This document shows positions 10,099-19,722 of a stretch of 64,000 nucleotides of DNA, one piece after another. Source of the stretch: Thermodesulfobacteriota bacterium (GTDB lineage Bacteria; Desulfobacterota; Desulfarculia; JACQYL01); assembly GCA_963675595.2 (NCBI GenBank), contig CAXXLZ010000002.1, positions 864,001 through 928,000 on the forward strand, written 5' to 3'. Within the stretch, counting starts at the first letter, position 1, and every line of letters begins with the position of its first letter. The notes beneath the pieces are model-generated. The model searched no databases and had not been told where the DNA came from. It saw nothing but the letters and a program-made list of their open reading frames with translations. A program made the position numbers and the translations under genes.

Positions 10099-10822
10099 TC
10101 TTTTCGAGACCGAACTCGACAGATACCTCCACGACGAGATGACCGACGAGCAGGAGGAGAGGTTTCTGCGTGCGTGCGAGTCGAACCCAACGTACGAGAA
10201 GAAGGTAACCTATGCGCTCTATTTGAGGAACCTGCCGCTGCATGAGGTTTCCCACCGATACGAGCAACCGCTCGAAAAAGGCTTCGTGTTTGATGACGAA
10301 GACGAAAAACGCAGGGCAAAAGAAGAGATTGAAGAAGCCATTCAGGACGGGTGTTTTGATCTCGCGAAAGAACTCTGCACCGCTGCCCTCGAACTCTGGC
10401 CGTATGATTCGGGCTTCGAGCAGCTGCTCGGGCGGGCGGCTACCGCCGGACAGATCGATAAGTCCTCCGGACCCCGCTCTGAAATCCTCCTGATGTTTGG
10501 AAAAGAAGTCTTCGAACGCTTTACGTTGCCGGAAGCCAAGGATCAAGAAATCGAGTACGAGATTCCTAACCCTTGCGACGTTTCTTTGGCCTACGAAAGC
10601 GGAACGGTGATTTGGAGCGCCGGGTTGTCGCCCGAAACACTGTTCATATACGACCAATCCTCCACACGATCAGGAAAAGCCTCGGATGACAAGGACGCGC
10701 CCGAGACAGAGGAGGGAACGCCGTCTTTTGAGAAGGAACTGCTCGGCGGGAGGATCGTCGTGAGGATTTATAAAGGCCGTGTTTCGGGCAAGCTCAGGAT
10801 TCGCTTGAAGTCATCCGAGTGA
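10070..10822 (+). CDS. Putative soluble anti-sigma factor
   Basis: N-terminal LDRYLHDEMTDEQEERFLRACESNP resembles an anti-sigma domain; overlaps the sigma gene; no TM segment. Confidence 0.55.
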   Translation: MQSTYRLTDSLFETELDRYLHDEMTDEQEERFLRACESNPTYEKKVTYALYLRNLPLHEVSHRYEQPLEKGFVFDDEDEKRRAKEEIEEAIQDGCFDLAKELCTAALELWPYDSGFEQLLGRAATAGQIDKSSGPRSEILLMFGKEVFERFTLPEAKDQEIEYEIPNPCDVSLAYESGTVIWSAGLSPETLFIYDQSSTRSGKASDDKDAPETEEGTPSFEKELLGGRIVVRIYKGRVSGKLRIRLKSSE

Positions 10823-11006
10823 TACACCAAATAGAGGCCTGACAAGACCACCAGACTCGTATGCAGGGAGCCCGCACGAGTGACGATAACTCGCCCGAAT
10901 CAAAGCCCTGCTCGCATAGGCAACCAATCTGATCTCATGTTTTTGATGTCGCCGAATTTTGGCTCAAATCCAGCAAACCTGCCCCTTTCTGCAACGGACA
11001 AAGCAC

Positions 11007-14000
11007 ATGACCGATGAATTTATCGATAAGTTACAGAAGATTAGCGAGATTGCGGGAGAGTTGTACAACCAAGGGAAGTACCTGGAAGCCGTTCCTCTTG
11101 CACTGGAAGCGTCGGCCTTGATCGGAGAACATTTAGGCGAGGATTCCGAAGAATATGCGGACAGCCTGAACAATGTAGCCTTTCTCTACAAATCCTTGGG
11201 CGTCTATGACAAGGCTGCCCGCTATTATCGTTCGGCGCTGGACATAAAACGACAAGTTCTGGATGAAGACGACCCGGATATCGCAGGAAGCATCCACAAT
11301 CTGGCATCCGTGTACCGAGCGGCCGGCAATTATACAGAGGCGGAGCCCCTACTTCGGGAGGTTCTGGAAATCCGTCGCAAGGTTTTAGGAGAAGAGCACC
11401 CGGAGCTGGCTGCAAGCATGAATAACTTGGCGGCTCTCTATGCAACCACCGGAGAATATGCGAAAGCCGAACCGCTGTACCGCCAAGCCCTGGAGATTCG
11501 AAGAAAGGCCTTAGGAGAGCATCACCCAAAGTTCGCGATCGGCCTGAACAACTTGGCGGAGCTTTACGAGTCCATGGGCAGGTTGGGGGAAGCTGAACCG
11601 TTATACAGGCAGGCGATCCAAATCTGGACAGAAAACTCAGCTGAAGATCACCCACAATTTGCCGTCGGATTGGACAATTTCGCAGGACTCTGTGAAACCC
11701 TGGGAAGGTATGCCGAGGCTGAGCCCCTATACCTGCAGGCTTTGGATATCAGACGCAAAAACTTGGGAGAAAACCATCCGGATTACGCAACCGGTCTCAA
11801 TAACTTGGCAGGGCATTATGAGTCCATGGCCAGGTACGAAGAAGCCGAGCCCCTTTATCAGAGAGCCATAGATATTTGGCGACAGACCATTGGCGAGGAC
11901 CATCCTCAGTTTGCCGCGGGCTTGAACAACCTGGGGTATCTTTACTTTTCATTGGGAAGATACGCAAAAGCGGAGCCTCTTTACCGGCAGGCACTGGAGA
12001 TTCGAAGAAGAATCCTAGGGGAGGATCATCCGGATTTCGCAGTCACCCTGAACAACCTTGCCTCTCTCCAAAACGCCATGGCCAACTATGCCGACGCTAT
12101 TCCTCTATATCGCCAAGCTCTTGACAAGTGGCGAATATCCTTGGGAGAAGAACATTCTCATTTTTCGGCCGCCCTGAATAACTTGGCAATAGCTTACCAA
12201 TTCTTGGGCCTTCACGAGGAAGCGGAGCCTCTTTTCCGACAGGTCTTGGATATTAGAAAGAGAGTTCTGGGTGAAGATCACCCGCAGTATGCGGATGCCC
12301 TGAATAACCTTGGCTTGGTTCATGGGTCCAAGGGAGACTACGCTGAATCTGAACGGCTGTACCGTCAGGCTCTGGAAATCCTGCGAAAGTCCTTACCGGA
12401 AGATCATCCTCGAATGGCGTCCGGTCTGAACAGTCTGGCAATGCTTTACGTCTCCATGAACGACTTCAAGAAAGCGGAGCCACTATTCCGTCAAGCCTTG
12501 GAAATCCGAAGCAAATCCTTCAACGAAAACCACCCGGATGTTGCGGACAGCCTCACCAACCTCGCTTTTCTCTACAGCTCCATGGGCGAGCACGGGAAAG
12601 CTCACCCGCTGTACAGCCGGGGGCTGGAAATTCGGAAGAAAATTTACGGAGAAGAACACCCGGATGTTGCAAACAGCCTGAACAATCTGGCATCCAATCA
12701 TTGTTCAACGGGGGATTACGAAGAAGCAGAGCCGTTCTACCTGCTGTCCCTCGAAATCAGGCGCAAAATCCTGGGAGAAAATCATCCTGATTATGCCGCA
12801 AGCCTGAACAATCTGGGCTTCCTTTATCGATCCATGGGAAGACACGAAGATGCCGAACCGCTTCACAGAAAATCCATAGAGATCCTCCGGAACGCTTTGG
12901 GCGAGTCGCATCCGAATTTTGCGCAAAGTCTGCAGAACCTATCCGTTCTTCTCGCTGCATCGGGCGACATTGATGAAGCATTGCAACATCTCGACCGAGC
13001 CTGCCGAATTCAGGACAAGCTGATCGGCCGGATTTTTTCGTTTTCTTCAGAAAGCCAACGCGCGGCCTATCTCGCCTCCACAAGGAGGAACTTCGACTGC
13101 TTCTTTTCAATGATCTGGAGATATCTCTCCGATTCTCCGAAGGCGCTGCAAAGCGGAATCAATTTGGCTTTTCGCCGGAAAGGCATGCTGTCCGAATCCC
13201 ATGCGGTGCAGCGGGATGCCGTGCTTGGAGGTCGCTATCCGCACCTGAGAGACAAGTTGAATGAGCTGAGAATCGTGCGGAATCAGATTACGCAAAGAAC
13301 GCTCGCGGGTCCCGGCGAAGACGGAATTGAGGAACACCGAAAACTCCTTTCAGATTGGGAATCTCAAACAGAGCGAATCGAGTCCGAGTTGGCCCGTGAG
13401 ATTCCCGAAATGAATCTTGAGGATAGGCTCTCCCTGGCGGATTGCAGTGCCGCGGCCGTGTGCCTGAAGAAAATCACTGCAACCCTGGTGGAATTCGTGA
13501 GATTTGACCCCTTTGATTTCACTGCTGTTCCTGCACGGGGAGAGAAGTCCTGGAAGCCGGCCCGGTACCTTGCATTTGTTCTGGAACCAATGACGCCGGA
13601 CCAAGTACGGATGATAGATTTGGGTGAGGCGGAACCCATTGACCGGCTGACAAATCGATTTCGATCAGCCATTTCAGATGAAGCCGGCAAAGAAGAAACC
13701 TCGGACCAAGTTCCGTCTTTGATCACTTCAACTGGAGAGCAGTTGCGTAAAGCGGTATTCGATCCCCTGATCGAGGCATTGGGGGGTCGGAACCGCGTCG
13801 TTTTCGCTCCGGACGGGGACTTGTCGCGCGTCCCATTCGAAGCTCTTCCCAATGGTCACGGTGGGTTCCTCATAGACGATTACGCGTTCAGCTATGTCGC
13901 AGTGGGACGAGATGTGCTGCGTTTCAGTCGAAAATCCTTTGCCGAACCGTTGCCACCTGTAGTGGTGGCTGATCCGGATTTCAATCTGGGTGGTAAGCCG

Positions 14001-14765
14001 CGGCCGAAAGAAAAGAAGATAACTTTTGATCGCCATTCCCGTGACCTGGATCGATCGGGATTCACCAGATTGCCCGAGACTCGGGATGAAGGAGAGTATT
14101 TAGCATCGAAATTCGGGGTCATACCTTGGCTGGGTGCTTTGGCTTTGGAACGAAGTGTGAAGGCACTTCGATCTCCCAGCGTGCTGCATGTCGCTACGCA
14201 CGGTTTCTTTTATCCGGATCAGAAAGAAGACCCGAACGAGCAGACTCGAGGTATAGAGTCTACTGCGATCGGCAAAATCAGAGGGGTAGGCAGATTTTCG
14301 TTGCCCAACCTGGAAAATCCCTTGCTCCGTTCGGGCTTGGCTCTTGCCGGCGCCAACACTTGGCTCAAGGGACAGGACCCTCCGGAAGAGGCTGAGGACG
14401 GGCTTCTCACAGCTGAAGACGTCACCGGCATGGACCTTTTGGATACCGAACTGGTGGTGCTTTCCGCCTGCGATACCGGACTCGGCGATGTTCATATCGG
14501 CGAAGGGGTTATGGGTCTTCGACGTTCCTTCATCCTTGCAGGGGCCAAAACGCTGGTGATGAGTCTATGGAAGGTACCGAGTGAAGAGACAAAGCTGCTC
14601 ATGAAGGAATTCTACGACAGGCTTCTTGACGGTGAACCACGCGCAGAGGCTCTGCGTCAGGCCCAACTCGCTAGGAAGGCCAAACACCCGAACCCTTATT
14701 ATTGGGGAGCGTTCATCTGCCAAGGTGATCCCTCGCCGATAGAGGCATTCAATCAGCCAAAGTGA
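11007..14765 (+). CDS. TPR-repeat + CHAT (caspase-like) protease
   Basis: About 15 42-aa kinesin-light-chain-type TPRs (LNNLA..Y...G.Y..AEPLY.QAL.I...LGE.HP). CHAT dyad intact: HVATHGF and LSACDTG; HPNPYYWGAF. Confidence 0.95.
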   Translation: MTDEFIDKLQKISEIAGELYNQGKYLEAVPLALEASALIGEHLGEDSEEYADSLNNVAFLYKSLGVYDKAARYYRSALDIKRQVLDEDDPDIAGSIHNLASVYRAAGNYTEAEPLLREVLEIRRKVLGEEHPELAASMNNLAALYATTGEYAKAEPLYRQALEIRRKALGEHHPKFAIGLNNLAELYESMGRLGEAEPLYRQAIQIWTENSAEDHPQFAVGLDNFAGLCETLGRYAEAEPLYLQALDIRRKNLGENHPDYATGLNNLAGHYESMARYEEAEPLYQRAIDIWRQTIGEDHPQFAAGLNNLGYLYFSLGRYAKAEPLYRQALEIRRRILGEDHPDFAVTLNNLASLQNAMANYADAIPLYRQALDKWRISLGEEHSHFSAALNNLAIAYQFLGLHEEAEPLFRQVLDIRKRVLGEDHPQYADALNNLGLVHGSKGDYAESERLYRQALEILRKSLPEDHPRMASGLNSLAMLYVSMNDFKKAEPLFRQALEIRSKSFNENHPDVADSLTNLAFLYSSMGEHGKAHPLYSRGLEIRKKIYGEEHPDVANSLNNLASNHCSTGDYEEAEPFYLLSLEIRRKILGENHPDYAASLNNLGFLYRSMGRHEDAEPLHRKSIEILRNALGESHPNFAQSLQNLSVLLAASGDIDEALQHLDRACRIQDKLIGRIFSFSSESQRAAYLASTRRNFDCFFSMIWRYLSDSPKALQSGINLAFRRKGMLSESHAVQRDAVLGGRYPHLRDKLNELRIVRNQITQRTLAGPGEDGIEEHRKLLSDWESQTERIESELAREIPEMNLEDRLSLADCSAAAVCLKKITATLVEFVRFDPFDFTAVPARGEKSWKPARYLAFVLEPMTPDQVRMIDLGEAEPIDRLTNRFRSAISDEAGKEETSDQVPSLITSTGEQLRKAVFDPLIEALGGRNRVVFAPDGDLSRVPFEALPNGHGGFLIDDYAFSYVAVGRDVLRFSRKSFAEPLPPVVVADPDFNLGGKPRPKEKKITFDRHSRDLDRSGFTRLPETRDEGEYLASKFGVIPWLGALALERSVKALRSPSVLHVATHGFFYPDQKEDPNEQTRGIESTAIGKIRGVGRFSLPNLENPLLRSGLALAGANTWLKGQDPPEEAEDGLLTAEDVTGMDLLDTELVVLSACDTGLGDVHIGEGVMGLRRSFILAGAKTLVMSLWKVPSEETKLLMKEFYDRLLDGEPRAEALRQAQLARKAKHPNPYYWGAFICQGDPSPIEAFNQPK

Positions 14766-14952
14766 GTCAGGAGACTTCTGCCAACTCGGAACCTCGATGA
14801 AGTAAAAGAAACGAATAGGAAGAACGAGTTTCTATTCCCGATGATCCAGCCTTGACATCCCTCCTTGATCTTCCTACAATCAAGCCATAACCATCCTAAA
14901 CTATTGAGTAAAATATAACTTATTATATTTTAGCAATGGGAAGGAGAGTGCC

Positions 14953-15570
14953 ATGTGTCGGTCGTCATGCTCATTGATTGCCCTGTTTATCCTCTTGCTT
15001 TGCCCAAACCAGGGCGTTGCTTTTGACGGTTTCGAGGTTGTCGGCGTCGGGACGGAACCGGCGGCTGCCCTCAGGGACGGTATCAGGCAGATAGGGGAAC
15101 TTTTCGGCGGCGTTGAAATCTTTTCCGAGTCCGAAGCCAATGACTTCGTCATCAAGCACGACCGCATCAAAACCAAGTCGCATTTCACAGGCTCCAAGCT
15201 CGACCGATTCTTTCAGGGATTCACGAACCGGGACGGACTCTGGCATGCGCACTTCGTCTTCCCCGAACAATTCGTAAACGCTGTTCAATCAAGGCCGAGA
15301 GATACCGGCGCTTCGAACCTCTCCATCGATTGGCATGCGATCTCCTACCAAAGCCGCTACGCAGACAGCTTCGGCGAAGTGAAATCGAAATCCTACGCTG
15401 TCCAAATCCCGGCCTGGTACCGGGAACTGATCGATGACAACGTGATGAGGACCGACAAAATAGGCCCCATCGCTGGAACGCTTGCAGGCCTGACCCTCGT
15501 TTCCGCCATCCTCACCATCGCGGGCCTTGCCTGGAGAAATGCCAGAAGAGAAACGCGGTTTCCTCGATAG
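14953..15570 (+). CDS. Exported protein with signal peptide and C-terminal TM anchor
   Basis: Hydrophobic N-terminus ending GVA-F, C-terminal TM followed by a basic tail; RBS AAGGAG. Confidence 0.7.
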   Translation: MCRSSCSLIALFILLLCPNQGVAFDGFEVVGVGTEPAAALRDGIRQIGELFGGVEIFSESEANDFVIKHDRIKTKSHFTGSKLDRFFQGFTNRDGLWHAHFVFPEQFVNAVQSRPRDTGASNLSIDWHAISYQSRYADSFGEVKSKSYAVQIPAWYRELIDDNVMRTDKIGPIAGTLAGLTLVSAILTIAGLAWRNARRETRFPR

Positions 15571-15630
15571 CAAAACTGATCGTAGAACGCCCTATATCTC
15601 GCCTTTCCCGGCGGTCATCTCCACCGACAT

Positions 15631-15648
15631 CCGAAAACTATTTATACC
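15631..15648 (+). promoter_or_regulatory. Archaeal-style BRE/TATA-like motif CCGAAAACTATTTATA
   Basis: TTTATA starts 30 nt before ATG 15671; an identical 16-mer lies upstream of cdc6 on the minus strand. Confidence 0.55.
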
Positions 15649-15670
15649 CGCGCCTCCCCGGTGATCCGGT

Positions 15671-16843
15671 ATGGCCGGCGGCGCATTCGATGAAGTCTGG
15701 GAACTCCTTTCAATATTCGATATCCCGTACATTTACGACCGCTACGCTGTGGGAGTCGATTTCGTCCTCGCTTTCCTCTTCTTCCTGGGAGTCAGCCAAG
15801 TCACTCTCGGCAAGCGTTTCACAGGCAAAGGCGGGACCCTTCTCACAGTCGCTGTATCGCTTCTCTTGTCTGTAGGATTATCCGTCGCTGAATCACGGCT
15901 CAGTTTCAGCCTCGCTTCCTTCGGCCCGATCGCAATCTTCTTCCTTCTTTTCATCGTTGGCTTGGTGCTGTATCAACTCACCCGGCACCTGGGTTTCCAT
16001 GCGTCGACGGCTTTGTCCCTCGCGTTCGTTATGACCTATTTCTCGATCCAGGCAGTGTCGCCGTCCATCATGGAGTTTGTCCACCAAAGGGCGCCCTGGC
16101 TCAGGACCACGCTCTTCTTAGTCTTCGTGTTCGCAGCTGGAAAGCTCCTCTATTCGATCTTTCACACGATCTTTTCCAGAAGGTCGATCACGTCCCTCGC
16201 ATCCAAGATTGAAGCAAACCCTGAATTCACCCAACAGATTGATCGGGATGTCGAATTCGAGGAACAGGAGAACAAATCCTCGAAGAAACAGGAAAAACTC
16301 TCCAAGAAAAGCCGGGGAAATTCAGAAGAGATCATCCAACGCATCCTATCGATTCTCAGGATTCTTGAAACCGAAGGAGTGACGCCTTTCGCGAGGAAGA
16401 AGATCGCGGACAAATTGGTCTCCATCGCGGATTCGGAACACCAAATCGAAAAGCGAATCAAAAAGCTCGAGTCCGCCAACACCGATCTCAAGCGAGTCGA
16501 TACCGACCATCTCACCCAACTCAGAGACCGGATGGCCAGAGCCCAGGGCAAAGAAAAGGAAAGGCTTCAAAGGGAAATCGAACTGGAGAACGAAAAACTC
16601 CGACTTCACCAAGCAGTCGAAGCCCTCGGCCAACGGATCGCCGCTTTGATGGAGGAGTTCAAGGCTTCTCTCCGATCAGCAGCCGAACTTATCGGGCGGT
16701 CAGCCTATCCTCTGGATGCCCGGCCTTACTTGCAGCGAGCAATCCAGATCGACGAGGAGGTTCGGCGGGAGCTTGACGTGATTCAAGATTTTGAGGAAAA
16801 GATAGGCAAATTCGCGCGCGAGGCGAAGAAAAGCGCCAAGTAA
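15671..16843 (+). CDS. Membrane protein: about 5 N-terminal TMs and a long cytoplasmic coiled coil
   Basis: Hydrophobic residues about 25-165 followed by E/K/R-rich heptads. Confidence 0.8.
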   Translation: MAGGAFDEVWELLSIFDIPYIYDRYAVGVDFVLAFLFFLGVSQVTLGKRFTGKGGTLLTVAVSLLLSVGLSVAESRLSFSLASFGPIAIFFLLFIVGLVLYQLTRHLGFHASTALSLAFVMTYFSIQAVSPSIMEFVHQRAPWLRTTLFLVFVFAAGKLLYSIFHTIFSRRSITSLASKIEANPEFTQQIDRDVEFEEQENKSSKKQEKLSKKSRGNSEEIIQRILSILRILETEGVTPFARKKIADKLVSIADSEHQIEKRIKKLESANTDLKRVDTDHLTQLRDRMARAQGKEKERLQREIELENEKLRLHQAVEALGQRIAALMEEFKASLRSAAELIGRSAYPLDARPYLQRAIQIDEEVRRELDVIQDFEEKIGKFAREAKKSAK

Positions 16844-17642
16844 GGGATGATTTGACCTTTAGGCAATCAGGATATCGAAAGGCATTCAACGTGTACTCAA
16901 GTCATCATTGGAAGCATATACCCATGAATAGACGGGATCTGTCTTTTTTGAATTCAACCTAACCAAATTAAGCAAAATCATGTAAAAGAGTCATTTGCCC
17001 TAAAACTGCTCCGTGTTAAAATAATTTTCCGATTCAAGTATTCTCATGCCTTAGCCTTCGTTATCCCGAAAACCGTGCGATTCCGTGGAAATCGTGCTCA
17101 TGAAGGTAGATTCATTGCCAAACCGGATCCAAGAAATAGGCTTCTCGACGAGAACGGATTTCTGATGGGTCCCGGATTTTAGGAGGGCAAAGACCTTTAC
17201 ATTTTGGATTGCTCGAGGAAGGTCATTTCGATTTCTTTTGTCGACGAGAATTACCAAATCCGGGCATATTCTATCGGTTCGACGTTTCGTTACAGGCAGC
17301 CGAACAGAATCCCGGTATATTCCAACAAATGAAGTTTCGCCCAAAGTGTTAGACACCTGGAAGGGATGGCTCTTTCCTGATCTTTCGAAAAAAAGGGGGG
17401 CCAAATCGATCCCAACGTCTTTCTCGTTCCGGGACGGCGGTCACGGTTTTATCCGACGGGGAGGCGCGTGAACTCCAGCCAAACTGCGTCGAACCCTGTT
17501 GAGTCCGAATCTTGCCTCTTGACTTGTGGCGTTCCGGCTGTTTTATCTGTAACGCATTCAGCTGAGGCCACCTCGTTTTTCCGTTGACCTTGCTGAAAAT
17601 ATCGAAAAGCCCTGTTCGGGCGACAAATTGAACGAGGTCCTC

Positions 17643-19559
17643 ATGAAGCGACTCCTTCCCTTGTTCCTCCTTATGCTGATGCCGGCGGTGTTGGCGCCGT
17701 TCGCCGTTTCGGGCGCCGAACGCGGCATCGGCGTGACCCTTCGCCCGCCACAGGGACAACCCTTCCGCCTGTACGAAGACTCCTACGCCCTGGTCGTGGG
17801 AAACGGCCGCTACACCAAAGGCTGGGACCCGCTGCCCGGTGCCTTGCAGGACGCCGACGACGTGGCCGCGGCCCTGGAACGAAACGGCTTCAGCGTCACT
17901 TTGAAGAAGGACCTGACCAGGAGCGCCTTTCAAGGGGCCTTGAGCGAATTTTCCACGAAGTTCGGCGCGAAGCCGGAGAACCGGCTGCTGTTCTATTATG
18001 CCGGGCACGGATACACGCAGACGCTGTCCACCGGGGAGGAACTGGGCTTCCTGGTCATGACGGACGCGCCGGCCCCGGATCAAGACCCTTACGGTTTTCG
18101 ACTGGCGAGCGTGGACATGCAGTCCATCGTAACCGAGGCCCGCATCATGAACGCCAAACACGTGCTGTTCATGTTCGACAGCTGCTTTTCGGGGTCCATT
18201 TTGAACCTGCGGGAGCGAGTGGTTCCCCAGACCGTGTCGGACAACGTCAAGTATCCGGTTCGGCAGTTTATCACGGCAGGCCGGGCCAATGAACCGGTGC
18301 CCGACCACAGCGTATTCAAGCAGGCGTTTCTGAACCTGCTGGAAGGCAGAGAGCGCGAACCCATACCCGACGGCTACATCACCGGTGAAGAACTGGGCCT
18401 GTTTCTCAAGAACAAGGTTCCGGAGTACAATCCGGCCCAGCATCCGCAGTACGGCAAGATTCGCGATCCCCGGTTGGACCAGGGGGATTTCGTCTTTCTG
18501 GCGCAGCAGGGGGCCGAATGGAGCGAGCCGGAACCTCCGGGTCCCAAGCCGGGCCGGTTGTACGTGCGGACTGTTCCTTCCAACGCCGCGGTGCGGCTCC
18601 TGAACATCGCGCCTCGGTTCAGCCAAGGGATGGAACTGGCCGCCGGGCGGTATCATCTGGAGGTCTCGGCGGAAGGATATGAAGAGCACGAGGAATGGAT
18701 CGACTTGGGCGCCGGGGAGGACCGGGACGTGGAAATCCGGCTGACGGCCGTTCCGAAACAGGCCCCGCCGGCAGCCGATGCAGTACCCGGAAAGACCTGG
18801 ACCGAACCGGTCACCGGCATGGAATTCGTGTATGTGCCCGGCGGCTGTTATGAAATGGGCAGCCCGTCCGGGGAAAAGGATCGGGATTCCGACGAGGGTT
18901 TGGTGCACGAGGTCTGCGTGGACGGGTTCTGGATGGGCAAGACCGAGGTGACCAACGGGCAATTTCGCAAGTTCAAGGGTGGTCACGACAGTGGAGACTA
19001 TCAGGGGAACTCCCTGAACGGTGATGATCAGCCCGTGGTGGAAGTATCCTGGGAGGAGGCCAAGGCCTTTGCCCAGTGGTTGACGCGTCAAGGCGGGGGC
19101 GGCGGGTCCTTCCGGCTGCCCACGGAGGCGGAATGGGAAAACGCCTGCCGGGCCGGGACACGAACGGCGCGGTTCTGGGGGGATGATCCCGACGAGGCGT
19201 GCCGATATGCCAATGTGGCCGACCGGACGGCGAAGCGCAGATGGTCGGATTGGACGATTCACGACTGCGACGACGGCTACGCGGTGACCGCACCGGTGGG
19301 AAGTTTCCGGCCCAATGCTTTCGGAATCTACGATCTGTTGGGGAACGTGTGGGAGTGGTGCGAGGATTGGTATGACAAGGACGCCTACTCCAAACACGCT
19401 CGGAATAATCCTATAGTTGACGCAAGCGGCTCCAACCGCGTCGGCCGCGGCGGCAGCTGGGACCTCGGCCCGAGGTTCGTTCGGTGCGCCAATCGCTACT
19501 TGATTTCGCCCGGCGACGGAAACTTCAACCTCGGGTTCCGCCTCCTCAGGACGGATTAG
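17643..19559 (+). CDS. Secreted caspase-like (C14) + PEGA-like + FGE-sulfatase/CLec protein; probable DGR target
   Basis: Signal peptide; YYAGHG and FDSCFSG dyad; RLPTEAEWE, GNVWEWC, RGGSW...NLGFR. Confidence 0.9.
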   Translation: MKRLLPLFLLMLMPAVLAPFAVSGAERGIGVTLRPPQGQPFRLYEDSYALVVGNGRYTKGWDPLPGALQDADDVAAALERNGFSVTLKKDLTRSAFQGALSEFSTKFGAKPENRLLFYYAGHGYTQTLSTGEELGFLVMTDAPAPDQDPYGFRLASVDMQSIVTEARIMNAKHVLFMFDSCFSGSILNLRERVVPQTVSDNVKYPVRQFITAGRANEPVPDHSVFKQAFLNLLEGREREPIPDGYITGEELGLFLKNKVPEYNPAQHPQYGKIRDPRLDQGDFVFLAQQGAEWSEPEPPGPKPGRLYVRTVPSNAAVRLLNIAPRFSQGMELAAGRYHLEVSAEGYEEHEEWIDLGAGEDRDVEIRLTAVPKQAPPAADAVPGKTWTEPVTGMEFVYVPGGCYEMGSPSGEKDRDSDEGLVHEVCVDGFWMGKTEVTNGQFRKFKGGHDSGDYQGNSLNGDDQPVVEVSWEEAKAFAQWLTRQGGGGGSFRLPTEAEWENACRAGTRTARFWGDDPDEACRYANVADRTAKRRWSDWTIHDCDDGYAVTAPVGSFRPNAFGIYDLLGNVWEWCEDWYDKDAYSKHARNNPIVDASGSNRVGRGGSWDLGPRFVRCANRYLISPGDGNFNLGFRLLRTD

Positions 19560-19722
19560 GTTTTGGGTTTTTTACCTTTTGGAAACCGGCCCGGCCTGTT
19601 CGGGTCAGGTTAAACCGGCATTTGGACTCGTCCATATATGGGATGCCCGTTTTCCATATATGTAGCATATATGCGGCAAGCCGCACGCACACGCGAACCC
19701 GAAAGACCTTATGGAGTTCGTC

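Noticed and set aside
11100-13020. Possible CRISPR array or type III-E locus around the TPR-CHAT gene
   Set aside because: The 126-nt periodicity is coding TPR repeats. No identical repeat-spacer array and no Cas7-11, cas1 or cas2 was seen in the window.
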